From positions 18,380 through 82,379 of the forward strand of contig CAJUFO010000003.1 of assembly GCA_910585615.1 (NCBI GenBank): a DNA stretch of 64,000 nucleotides. Direction: 5' to 3'. This DNA is from an uncultured Acetatifactor sp. (GTDB taxonomy: Bacteria; Bacillota; Clostridia; Lachnospirales; Lachnospiraceae). This document shows, piece after piece, positions 1 through 8,705 of the stretch (positions within the stretch are counted from its first letter, which is position 1; every line of letters starts with the position of its first letter). The notes below the pieces were generated by a model, which was given only the letters and a program-made list of their open reading frames with translations, was not told where the DNA came from and searched no databases. The translations under genes and the position numbers were made by a program.

Positions 1-2
1 AG

Positions 3-506
3 TTCACCGAGGCCATATACCATCTGACCAAGAGCATGGACGGCATGCGGCCCGTGGTCTCCAATGACGGCTGGGAGCACACGCTGACGGATATCCTGAC
101 GCTCCATGACTATGAGGAGGCAGGCAGCGTATTGAAGGCGCGGTATACGGAGCAAAAGGACGAGCTCCTGACGGCGGCCATATGCCACAACGGCTTCAAG
201 ACGGCTTTGGCGGACGGCTACGGATACTGTGGGCAGCCCGTCATCATCAGCGAGTACGGCGGCATCGCTTTCGACAACAATGGCGACGGATGGGGCTACG
301 GCAATCTGGTGAAGTCCAAGGAGGATTTCATCCGCAGATTCGACGATGTCACCACTGCCATCAAGGAACTGCCCTATGTATGCGGCTACTGCTACACCCA
401 GGTGACGGACGTGCAGCAGGAGGTGAACGGCCTGATGGACGAGGAGCGCAATTTCAAGGTAGAACCGGGAGTCATCCGAGAGATCAACGAGAGGAAGGTT
501 CTCTAA
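3..506 (+). CDS. Glycoside hydrolase family 2, C-terminal part (5' end lies outside the window)
   Basis: Frame is open from position 3. Motifs RPVVSNDGWEH, PVIISEYGG (nucleophile region) and GYCYTQVTDVQQEVNGL fit the GH2 TIM barrel. Confidence 0.85.
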   Translation, partial: FTEAIYHLTKSMDGMRPVVSNDGWEHTLTDILTLHDYEEAGSVLKARYTEQKDELLTAAICHNGFKTALADGYGYCGQPVIISEYGGIAFDNNGDGWGYGNLVKSKEDFIRRFDDVTTAIKELPYVCGYCYTQVTDVQQEVNGLMDEERNFKVEPGVIREINERKVL

Positions 507-630
507 GAGTGTATGGTTTTGTTTCCTGGCTTCCGGGCAAAAAGCATTTGAGCCATATTTTTCTCTTGCCGCTTTTGTGGTATATTTAGTGAAAATTCTT
601 GCATAATGCGGATTGCGGGAGGGTATGCGG

Positions 631-2205
631 ATGATCGATACGGGCGGACAGCCCTCAAAGCTGAGAAAGGAAGAGTGGCTGAGGGAAAACCCCATCTATC
701 AGAATACGGTTGCCTGCGAAAAGAGGTTCAATCCGGACTTTTCCCTGTCCCAGCTGCATTTCCATGAATTCCTGGAAGTCAGCATCATCGCGGAGGGCAG
801 CGGCATCCATCGCATCTGGAACAGGGTCCTTACATGCAGGAAGGGCGACGTCTATGTGCTGAACGCGGGCGTGCCCCACGAGTATTTCGTGAAGGACGGG
901 GAGGAAAAGCTGGTCATCCGGAACATCCTGTTCGATGTGGAGGACTGGTTCACAGGGGATCTGGCCTTGCCGGACAGCCCCCGGTTCTGCTACGGGATTT
1001 TCGACGAGGACATCCTGTCCGCCTATGTGTCCCTGAAGGGGCGCTCCATGGAGACGGTGGAGAGGATCTATCAGGCCATCGAAAAGGAGACTGTGGAAAA
1101 GGAACCTGAGTGGATGGAAGCCGTGAAGTCCCAGCTCGTCCTGCTTTTGATTGCCATAAGGCGGCATTTGGAGAAATCCTCCACGGATTCTTCTGTCACG
1201 CCCAGGGACAGGATGGTGGTGTCCACGGCCATGCGCCTGGTGAGGGAACAGTATTTCGATAAGGAACTGACGCTGGAGAGCATAGCAGATTCCCTGTACC
1301 TGAGCAAGTCTTATCTGAGCAAGCTGTTCTGCCGTGTCACGGGGGAGCATTTTTCCGAGTATCTCCGCAGCGTCCGGCTGCAGCAGGCCTGTAGGCTGCT
1401 GCGGGACACCCAGTTGACCAATGAGCAGATTGTATACGGATGCGGCTTAAAGGACGTGCCCTCCTTCTACCAGCTGTTCAAGGCGAAGCTATCCATGACG
1501 CCCAACAGATATCGGACGGAAACGAGAAAAACCATACAAAATAAAGAAGGAAAAGGAGAACCGAACATGAGCATTTTGACAGACATTTCAGAGAACCTGC
1601 AGCGGGGCAAGGCGAAGGTGGTAAAGGAGCTGGTACAGCAGGCAGTGGATGAGGGCATTCCTGTAGAGCAGATCCTAAGCGAAGGATTGCTGGACGGCAT
1701 GGGCATCATCGGCGAGAAGTTCAAGAACAACGAGGTGTATGTGCCGGAGGTGCTTGTGGCCGCCAGGGCCATGAACATGGGGGCGCAGGTGCTCAAGCCC
1801 CTGATGGCGGAGGCAGGCGTGAAGGCCACAGGAAAGGTCTGCATCGGCACCGTACAGGGCGACCTCCACGACATCGGCAAGAACCTGGTGAAGATGATGA
1901 TGGAGGGCAAGGGGCTGGAGGTAGTGGACCTGGGTACGGACGTGGCTCCGGAGACCTATGTGCAGACTGCCATCGAGCAGGGCTGCCAGGTGATTTGCTG
2001 CTCCGCGCTGCTGACCACCACCATGGGCGTCATGGAGGAAGTGGTGAAGAAGGCGGAGGAAGCCGGTATCCGGGACAAGGTGAAGATTATGGTCGGCGGA
2101 GCGCCGGTGACGGAGGAGTACTGCCGGAAAATCGGTGCGGACAAGTATACCCCGGATGCGGCCAGCGCGGCGGATGCCGCCGTGGAGCTCTGCGCCGCCT
2201 GCTGA
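631..2205 (+). CDS. AraC-family regulator (cupin + HTH) fused in frame to a corrinoid (B12-binding) methyltransferase protein
   Basis: N-terminal LHFHEFLEVSII cupin and C-terminal AraC HTH (LESIADSLYLSKSYLSKLF...LQQACRLL...F..TPNRYR), then a B12-binding domain with DLHDIGKNLV, SALLTTT and MVGG. RBS GGGAGGG precedes ATG 631. Confidence 0.85.
   Translation: MIDTGGQPSKLRKEEWLRENPIYQNTVACEKRFNPDFSLSQLHFHEFLEVSIIAEGSGIHRIWNRVLTCRKGDVYVLNAGVPHEYFVKDGEEKLVIRNILFDVEDWFTGDLALPDSPRFCYGIFDEDILSAYVSLKGRSMETVERIYQAIEKETVEKEPEWMEAVKSQLVLLLIAIRRHLEKSSTDSSVTPRDRMVVSTAMRLVREQYFDKELTLESIADSLYLSKSYLSKLFCRVTGEHFSEYLRSVRLQQACRLLRDTQLTNEQIVYGCGLKDVPSFYQLFKAKLSMTPNRYRTETRKTIQNKEGKGEPNMSILTDISENLQRGKAKVVKELVQQAVDEGIPVEQILSEGLLDGMGIIGEKFKNNEVYVPEVLVAARAMNMGAQVLKPLMAEAGVKATGKVCIGTVQGDLHDIGKNLVKMMMEGKGLEVVDLGTDVAPETYVQTAIEQGCQVICCSALLTTTMGVMEEVVKKAEEAGIRDKVKIMVGGAPVTEEYCRKIGADKYTPDAASAADAAVELCAAC
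1567..2205 (+). CDS. Stand-alone corrinoid protein (MtaC/MttC-like) from an internal start in the same frame
   Basis: AAAGGAG RBS 8 nt upstream of ATG 1567. MSILTDISENLQRGK... looks like a typical N-terminus of a complete ~210 aa corrinoid protein. Confidence 0.7.
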   Translation: MSILTDISENLQRGKAKVVKELVQQAVDEGIPVEQILSEGLLDGMGIIGEKFKNNEVYVPEVLVAARAMNMGAQVLKPLMAEAGVKATGKVCIGTVQGDLHDIGKNLVKMMMEGKGLEVVDLGTDVAPETYVQTAIEQGCQVICCSALLTTTMGVMEEVVKKAEEAGIRDKVKIMVGGAPVTEEYCRKIGADKYTPDAASAADAAVELCAAC

Positions 2206-2305
2206 GAAAATCTGTTGCACATAGCCTGCACCCGAAAGTGGGTTTCGATTGTAGATTTTCAATCGTAGATTTTGAGTGCGAGGGAGCGGGCATGGGGGAT
2301 AATGT

Positions 2306-3340
2306 ATGAAGAGAGATATGCGAAAATGGCTGGAGGAGCTTCAGGCTGCCCCAGTGAAAAAAGCCATGCCGGTTCTGTCCTTTCCGGCGGTGCAGCTCCT
2401 GGGAATCAGCGTGAAAGAGCTGATCTCCGACAGTGACAGACAGGCGGAGGGCATGAGGCTGGTGGCGCAGCGCACGGATGCCGCGGCGGCAGTAAGCCTG
2501 ATGGACCTCTCCGTGGAGGCTGAGTGCTTCGGCTCCGCCATCCGGGTGTCGGACAGGGAGGTCCCCACCGTCGTCGGCCGAATCGTGGAGGACGAGGAGG
2601 GAGCGAAAGCCCTGGCGGTTCCCAGGGTGGGGAGCGCCAGGAGCGGGCTGTATGTGGAGGCCATCAGGAAGGCCGTGGGGCTGATTGAAGACAGACCGGT
2701 CTTCGCTGGCGCTATTGGGCCGTTCTCCCTGGCAGCCAGGCTGCTGGACGTCACGGAGATCATGATGGAGTGCTATGACGAGCCGGACATGGTGCACATA
2801 GTGATGGAGAAGGCCACGTCCTTCCTGACAGAGTACTGTAAGGCTTATAAGGAGGCAGGGGCAAACGGCATCGTCCTGGCGGAGCCGGTGACAGGCCTGC
2901 TGTCCCCTGCCCTTGCGGAGGAGTTTTCCGCGCCCTATGTGAAGCGGCTGGTGGATGCCGTGCAGGATGACTCCTTTGTCATCATCTACCATAACTGTGG
3001 GAACAATACCATCCAGATGATAGATTCCATCCTGGACACGGGGGCCGCGGCCTACCATTTCGGAAATGCCATAGACATGGCCCAGATGCTGGCCCGCATC
3101 CCGGCCGGGACAGTGGCCATGGGAAATGTGGATCCCGCAGGAGAGTTCTGCCACGGCACGCCGGAATCCATCCGCAGGGCCACGCTGCAGGTGATGGAAA
3201 ACTGCTGCCCTTATCCGAATTTCGTCATTTCCTCCGGCTGCGATATCCCGCCCATGTCGAAATGGGAGAATATCGATGCTTTCTTCGGGGCCGTGGAGGA
3301 ATACTATGAACGCCGAGGCGCACAGGGGGTATCGAGATGA
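2306..3340 (+). CDS. Uroporphyrinogen decarboxylase family methyltransferase (MtaA/CmuA-like MT2)
   Basis: DLSVEAECFG, GPFSLA, Zn-ligand IYHNCG, MGNVDP and ISSGCDIPP motifs. Confidence 0.85.
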   Translation: MKRDMRKWLEELQAAPVKKAMPVLSFPAVQLLGISVKELISDSDRQAEGMRLVAQRTDAAAAVSLMDLSVEAECFGSAIRVSDREVPTVVGRIVEDEEGAKALAVPRVGSARSGLYVEAIRKAVGLIEDRPVFAGAIGPFSLAARLLDVTEIMMECYDEPDMVHIVMEKATSFLTEYCKAYKEAGANGIVLAEPVTGLLSPALAEEFSAPYVKRLVDAVQDDSFVIIYHNCGNNTIQMIDSILDTGAAAYHFGNAIDMAQMLARIPAGTVAMGNVDPAGEFCHGTPESIRRATLQVMENCCPYPNFVISSGCDIPPMSKWENIDAFFGAVEEYYERRGAQGVSR

Positions 3341-4455
3341 CAAACAGAGAACGAGCGATGAACATCCTGCATTACCAGCCGGCAGACCGGTTCCCGGCAG
3401 TCCATTTCGGCTACTGGAGCGAGCTGCTGGAGGAGTGGGCCGGACAGGGGAAGATTTCAAGAGAGCTGGCGGAGAGCGTGGCCGACGGGAACGAAGCCGA
3501 CAAGGAGCTGGACCGCATCATTGGCTGGGACTTCGACTGGTGCCGGACAGTGGGCCCCAGGAACGGCCTCTTCCCCTCCTTTGAGTACAGGATGCTGGAG
3601 ACCCTGCCGGACGGCACCCAGCGGGTCCAGAACGAATTGGGCCTGATAGAGCGGGTGAAGCCCGGAGTGGCCTCCATCCCCTCGGAGGACGATTATGTCC
3701 TGAAGGACAGAGAAGCCTTCGAGACCCTCTATAAGCCTAAGATGCTCTATGCGCCGGAGCGGATAGACCTGGAGTATTATAAGCATTTCAACGAGACCAG
3801 GCCTATGGACGTCCCGGTGGGGCTGGCCCTGGGCAGCGTGCTGGGGGATATCCGTAACATGGTCTCCGTGGTGGGGATGAGCTATCTGATTTATGACGAG
3901 GATGAAGAGCTGTTCGCGGACATCGTGGACACCTATGCGGAAATGCAGTACCAGTGCGTGAAAACGGTTCTGGAGACCGGCGCGAAGTTCGACTTTGCCC
4001 ATTACTGGGAGGACATCTGCTTCAAGAACGGCCCTCTGCTTTCGCCCGATATCTTTGAGGAGCTCTGCGCGAAGCACTATAAGAAGAGGAACGATCTGTG
4101 CCGTCAGTACGGAATCGATATCATTTCGCTGGATTGTGACGGGGTGACGGAAAAGCTCCTGCCCACATGGTTCGAAAACGGGGTGAATACCATGTTCCCT
4201 ATCGAGGTAGGCGTGTGGGGGGATCAGTTCGAGGCCGCCCGGGGCAGGTTCGGCAAGGGTATGCTGGGCGTGGGAGGCATGGACAAGACCGCGTTCCGCA
4301 AGGACAAGGCGGCTGTGGACGCGGAGATTGAGCGCATGAAGCGGCTGGCCTCCCTGGGCGGCTTCCTTCCGTGTCCCGACCACAGGATCATGCCCGGCTC
4401 CAGTTTCGAGCTGGTGCAGTACTATGCGGAGGAAATCAAGAGGATAAAGGTATGA
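3337..4455 (+). CDS. UroD-family corrinoid methyltransferase (putative substrate-specific MT1)
   Basis: Overlaps the upstream stop (ATGA). Motifs HYWEDICFKNGPLLSP, SLDCDG, FPIEV, GVGGMDK and GGFLPCPDHRI. Confidence 0.8.
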   Translation: MTNRERAMNILHYQPADRFPAVHFGYWSELLEEWAGQGKISRELAESVADGNEADKELDRIIGWDFDWCRTVGPRNGLFPSFEYRMLETLPDGTQRVQNELGLIERVKPGVASIPSEDDYVLKDREAFETLYKPKMLYAPERIDLEYYKHFNETRPMDVPVGLALGSVLGDIRNMVSVVGMSYLIYDEDEELFADIVDTYAEMQYQCVKTVLETGAKFDFAHYWEDICFKNGPLLSPDIFEELCAKHYKKRNDLCRQYGIDIISLDCDGVTEKLLPTWFENGVNTMFPIEVGVWGDQFEAARGRFGKGMLGVGGMDKTAFRKDKAAVDAEIERMKRLASLGGFLPCPDHRIMPGSSFELVQYYAEEIKRIKV

Positions 4456-4493
4456 CCTGGGAGCCTGCCCAATGGGATCCCTAAGGAGGCTGA

Positions 4494-5070
4494 ATGGTGA
4501 AAAAAATTGCAGATACCGAAATTTTAGAGAATTTGGTGAAGAAGGCGCTGGAGCTGGGGGCGGATCATGCTGCAGCGATCCCTGTATCCAAAATCGAGAC
4601 GGATGCCGGCTTCCGGAGCCTGTGCGAGCAGAACACCTGCGGGAGATACGGCAAATGCTGGACCTGTCCACCGGACGTGGGCGACATCGATACGCTGATG
4701 AAGACCATACGCACATTCGACTACGCGGTCGTCTACCAGACCATAGGGATGCTGGAGGACAGCTATGACATAGAAGGCATGGAGGAGGCCGCGAAGAAGC
4801 ACAACCTCCTGATCCGGAGGATGGCGGAAGCGGTGAATGAGGATTCCTTTGTGCGCATCCTGCACCTGGGGGCCGGGGGATGCAATATCTGCCCGGTCTG
4901 CGCCAGGGTGGAGAACCATCCATCCCTGCCGATTTCCGGACATGGCCATATCCTCGTTGGAGGCACATGGAATCAATGTGTCCAGGCTTGCTGCGGAATG
5001 CGGGATGAAGTATATTAATGGGCAGAATACCGTTACGTATTTTGGGGCTGTGCTTTGCTCTCCCATGTAG
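4494..5070 (+). pseudogene. DUF2284 metal-binding protein, frameshifted by a 4-bp duplication
   Basis: Frame 1 carries CEQNTCGRYGKCWTCPP...GAGGCNICPVC. The C-terminus HPCRFPD..SSLEAHGINV...KYINGQNTVTYFGAVL is in another frame. CCAT is duplicated at 4916-4923. Confidence 0.8.
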
Positions 5071-5090
5071 CCTGAATGGCTGAAAAATAA

Positions 5091-5237
5091 AATACCCCGC
5101 TGCAAGCAACGGGGTATCAAGCTTGCAACGCTGCAGAGCAGAAAGTGTCCTTCGGACACTTTGGTATTTGACCCTCGCGGCATTCGCCAACTGGCCGTGC
5201 AAGCACGGCCGCTTGGCTCATTGCCCGCGGGAATAAA
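5091..5237. repeat. Multi-hairpin intergenic element (REP/PATE-like)
   Basis: Stems ATACCCCG/CGGGGTAT (5092-5117), AAAGTGTCC/GGACACTTT (5142-5162) and GGCCGTGC/GCACGGCC (5193-5210). Confidence 0.6.
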
Positions 5238-5259
5238 GAAAAGCATTCATGAGGTATTT

Positions 5260-6840
5260 ATGGCGAAAGTCAAGATAAATGGAGTTGTCTATGATGCGGG
5301 GCTGGGGGTGTTGCTGGGGGATTTATTGACCGGGCAGCGCTCCGGGGAGAACCCTGCTTTTGGCCGTCAGGGGTCTGACGGGAATTCTGGGGGCTCTTTG
5401 ATGGGGTTACCCCATGATTCTTTGATGGGGTTACCCTGCGGAGGCCATGGGCGCTGCGGGAAGTGCAGGGTGCGTGCCCATGGAGCATTGAGCCCCCTTT
5501 CGGATGCGGAGAAGCGGCTTTTGTCCCCGGAGGATATAGCCAGGGGCATCCGCCTGGCCTGCTGCACTGCCGTGGAGGGGGACTGCAGCGTTGAGCTGGA
5601 GCAGCGGGGCAGCGGACAGATCCGGACTGCGGGGGATATGCCGGATATCCGGCTGAAGCCCTCCTTCCAGACCTATGGCTTTGTGCTGGATATCGGTACG
5701 ACCACGCTGGCGGCACGGCTTTATGACGCCGACGGAAGGGTGCTGGCTGAGGGGAGCGGGCTGAACCCACAGGCAGTCTGGGGGGCCGACGTGATTTCCC
5801 GCATCGAAGCGGATCTGCGTGGCGAGGGGCACAAGCTCGCACAGGCAATCCGCGGGGCAGTGGACGGCCTGGTGAGAGAGCTCTCCGGAAAGGCGGGGAT
5901 TGCGCCGGAGGACATTGACGGGATGGCGGTGACAGGAAATACGGTGATGCTCCATCTGCTCACCGGCACCTCCACAGAGCCCCTGTCCCACGCGCCCTTT
6001 GCGGCCGGGCGGCTGTTTGGGGAGACAGTGACGGCGAAAGGCCTGGGGCTTGCCGCCCTGTGCCCGGAAACCAATGTCTATCTGGCTCCCTGTGCGGCTG
6101 CGTTCGTGGGCGCGGATCTTATCACGGCGGTTCTGGCGGGGGCTCTGTGTGATACGCCGGGCACGCGGCTGCTGGCGGACATCGGCACCAACGGCGAGAT
6201 GGCCCTATGGCATGAAGGGGCGCTGTATTGCTGTTCCACCGCTGCCGGCCCTGCTTTTGAGGGCGCGGGAATCTCCATGGGAATGGGGGGGAGCGCAGGC
6301 GCGGTGGACAGGGTGGCCGTCAAGAACGGGAAGCTGAGCGCCCATGTAATCGGAGAGGGCACCGCCCTGGGGATTTGCGGAAGCGGCGTGGTGGACGCGG
6401 TGGCATGCCTGCTGGAGACAGGCCGGATGGACGATACGGGATACCTGGAAGAGGAGAGCGCAGTGGTCTGCGAACAGGTGGTCTTCACACAGAATGACGT
6501 AAGGATGGTACAGCTTGCCAAAAGCGCTATCCATGCCGGCATCAGGACCTTGTTGCACACGGCGGGGCTGGACTGCGCCCGGGTGGAGGCGCTGCTGATT
6601 GCGGGAGGCTTCGGCAGCTATCTGGATGTAGGGAATGCGGCGAAAATCGGCCTGTTCCCGGAGGAGTTGCTGCCCTGCATCCGGGTGGTGGGCAATGCCG
6701 CCCTGAGCGGGGCGTCCATGTTGCTGTTGAATACGGATTACAGATTTGTCTGCGAAAGCTATGCGAAAGGCGCAAAGCTTGTGGAGCTGTCCTCCAACTC
6801 GTATTTCGCGGACGAATATATGGAGAGGATGCTGTTCTGA
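5260..6840 (+). CDS. Reductive activator of corrinoid proteins (RACo/RamA-like; 2Fe-2S + ASKHA ATPase)
   Basis: CGGHGRCGKC...RLAC 2Fe-2S motif, DIGTTT, DIGTNGE, TAAGPAFEGA, GICGSG and AGGFGSY. GAGGT RBS before ATG 5260. Confidence 0.9.
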   Translation: MAKVKINGVVYDAGLGVLLGDLLTGQRSGENPAFGRQGSDGNSGGSLMGLPHDSLMGLPCGGHGRCGKCRVRAHGALSPLSDAEKRLLSPEDIARGIRLACCTAVEGDCSVELEQRGSGQIRTAGDMPDIRLKPSFQTYGFVLDIGTTTLAARLYDADGRVLAEGSGLNPQAVWGADVISRIEADLRGEGHKLAQAIRGAVDGLVRELSGKAGIAPEDIDGMAVTGNTVMLHLLTGTSTEPLSHAPFAAGRLFGETVTAKGLGLAALCPETNVYLAPCAAAFVGADLITAVLAGALCDTPGTRLLADIGTNGEMALWHEGALYCCSTAAGPAFEGAGISMGMGGSAGAVDRVAVKNGKLSAHVIGEGTALGICGSGVVDAVACLLETGRMDDTGYLEEESAVVCEQVVFTQNDVRMVQLAKSAIHAGIRTLLHTAGLDCARVEALLIAGGFGSYLDVGNAAKIGLFPEELLPCIRVVGNAALSGASMLLLNTDYRFVCESYAKGAKLVELSSNSYFADEYMERMLF

Positions 6841-6941
6841 GAGAGGCATGAAATAGAGAAGGAGGTTTGAAGCAAAAAATGACGAACCCCTGGCAAGGCC
6901 ACGTATGCCAGGGGTTCGAATCTAATATCAGAATCTGGAAT

Positions 6942-8474
6942 CTATTTTCCAAGCGCCGTCTTCTGAGCCACCTCCGTCTTTTTCTCATAGCATGCAAAGG
7001 CATTCTCCACCAGCTTCCTGTCCGGCTTCGGCGTGAACAGGCTCACCACAGGCACGATCACAAGTCCCGCCAGCATGGCGATGGCGCCGCAGTTGATAGG
7101 GGACTGCATGATAGCCGGGAAGGAGCTCCTGAAGAAGATATTGGCCACCATCAGCACAGAGCTGAAGAGGAAGCATACCCAGCAGGAAGCTTTCGTCACC
7201 CGTTTGGAGTATAGCGAATACAGGAATGGCGCCAGGAAGGAACCGGCCAGCGCCCCCCAGGACACGCCCATGAGCTGTGCGATGAAGGTCACGGAGCTCT
7301 TGTACTGAATCAGGGCCAGTATGGACGAGATGGCGATGAACACCACTATCAGTATCCGCATGGAGAGCACCTGCTTCCTGTCGTCCATCTTCCGGAAACA
7401 GACCTCCTTCAGGAAATCGATGGTCAGGGTGGAGCTGGAGGCCATGACCAAAGAAGACAGCGTTGACATCGAAGCGGACAGCACCAGAATCACCACCAGG
7501 GCGATCAGCAGGGGCGACAGGCCCGAGAGCATGGTGGGGATGATGGAGTCGAATCCGTTTGCCGCCACGTCGATCTGGTCTGAGAACAGCCTGCCGAAGC
7601 CCCCCAGGAAATAGCAGCCGCCTGCCACCACCAGCGCGAACAGGGTGGAGATGATCGTCCCCTTCTTGATGGACTCCTCGTTCTTGATGGCGTAGAACTT
7701 CTGCACCATCTGGGGCAGCCCCCAGGTGCCCAGGGAGGTGAGGATCACCACGAACAGGAGGTTCAGGGGATCCGGGCCGAAGAAGGACGCGAAGGTGCCA
7801 GGAGCCGTGGAGACTGTCTCGTCCGTAATCCTGGCCAGGCCGTCCAGAGCCGCCATGAAGCCGCCCTTGCTCTTCAGCACGGCAGCGATGATCGTACTGA
7901 TGCCGAACAGCATGATGATTCCCTGGATGAAGTCATTGATGGCCGTGGCCATGTACCCTCCGGCGATGACATAGACAGCCGTCAGCACAGCCATCAGGAT
8001 GATGCAGACGGAATAATCGATGTTGAACGCCATGCCGAACAGCCGGGAGAGGCCGTTGTACAGGGACGCTGTGTAGGGGATCAGGAAGATGAAGATGATG
8101 ACGGACGCGCCGATCTTCAGGGGGCGGCTGCCGAAGCGCTCCCCGAAGAACTGAGGCATGGTGGCAGAGTCCAGGTGCTGGGTCATGATGCGGGTCCTGC
8201 GGCCCAGCACCACCCAGGCCAGCAGCGAGCCGATGACGGCGTTCCCGATGCCCGCCCATGTGGCGGCGATGCCGTACTTCCAGCCGAACTGTCCGGCGTA
8301 GCCTACGAAGACCACGGCGGAGAAATAGGAAGTGCCGTAGGCGAAGGCTGTCAGCCAGGGTCCTACGGAGCGCCCTCCCAGGACGAATCCGTTGACGTCC
8401 GTGGCGTGCTTGCGGCAGTAGAGGCCGATGGCGATCAGCACCGCGAAATAGAGTATCAGTAAGATAAGTTTCAT
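6942..8474 (-). CDS. Sodium:solute symporter (SSS family)
   Basis: About 13 hydrophobic segments; F.LGGR.VGPW.TAF, FGERFGS, GGY.A....DFIQG and SASMSTLSS motifs. Start set at ATG 8474 after the RBS. Confidence 0.9.
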   Translation of the reverse strand: MKLILLILYFAVLIAIGLYCRKHATDVNGFVLGGRSVGPWLTAFAYGTSYFSAVVFVGYAGQFGWKYGIAATWAGIGNAVIGSLLAWVVLGRRTRIMTQHLDSATMPQFFGERFGSRPLKIGASVIIFIFLIPYTASLYNGLSRLFGMAFNIDYSVCIILMAVLTAVYVIAGGYMATAINDFIQGIIMLFGISTIIAAVLKSKGGFMAALDGLARITDETVSTAPGTFASFFGPDPLNLLFVVILTSLGTWGLPQMVQKFYAIKNEESIKKGTIISTLFALVVAGGCYFLGGFGRLFSDQIDVAANGFDSIIPTMLSGLSPLLIALVVILVLSASMSTLSSLVMASSSTLTIDFLKEVCFRKMDDRKQVLSMRILIVVFIAISSILALIQYKSSVTFIAQLMGVSWGALAGSFLAPFLYSLYSKRVTKASCWVCFLFSSVLMVANIFFRSSFPAIMQSPINCGAIAMLAGLVIVPVVSLFTPKPDRKLVENAFACYEKKTEVAQKTALGK

Positions 8475-8587
8475 AGTTTCATGCCCTCTCCTTTGTCGGT
8501 TTAAAGTGCTAAAGCGAGTATAGCACAGTTTGTCAAAATATGCAAACATAATTTTTCTTATAAATATTTGGAAAAATTTTAACCAGG

Positions 8588-8616
8588 TTGACAGTTTTTC
8601 TTATCAATAATAAAAT
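8588..8616 (+). promoter_or_regulatory. Sigma-70/A promoter for the two-component operon
   Basis: TTGACA-17 nt-TAAAAT. Confidence 0.6.
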
Positions 8617-8705
8617 GGAGATACAAAAAGGATACATTTCTGTTTTTTCATAGAAACTGAGATATCACATCATAAAGTCACACCATACAGAGATGAGGGG
8701 ATATT

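Noticed and set aside
507-630. Possible cobalamin riboswitch upstream of the AraC-corrinoid gene
   Set aside because: The region is short and AT-rich, with no B12-box or GGGAA core visible.
2206-2300. GAAAATCT...AGATTTTC inverted repeat after the corrinoid gene
   Set aside because: The stem is short and imperfect, and the resemblance to the 40.2-kb element is too weak to claim without alignment.
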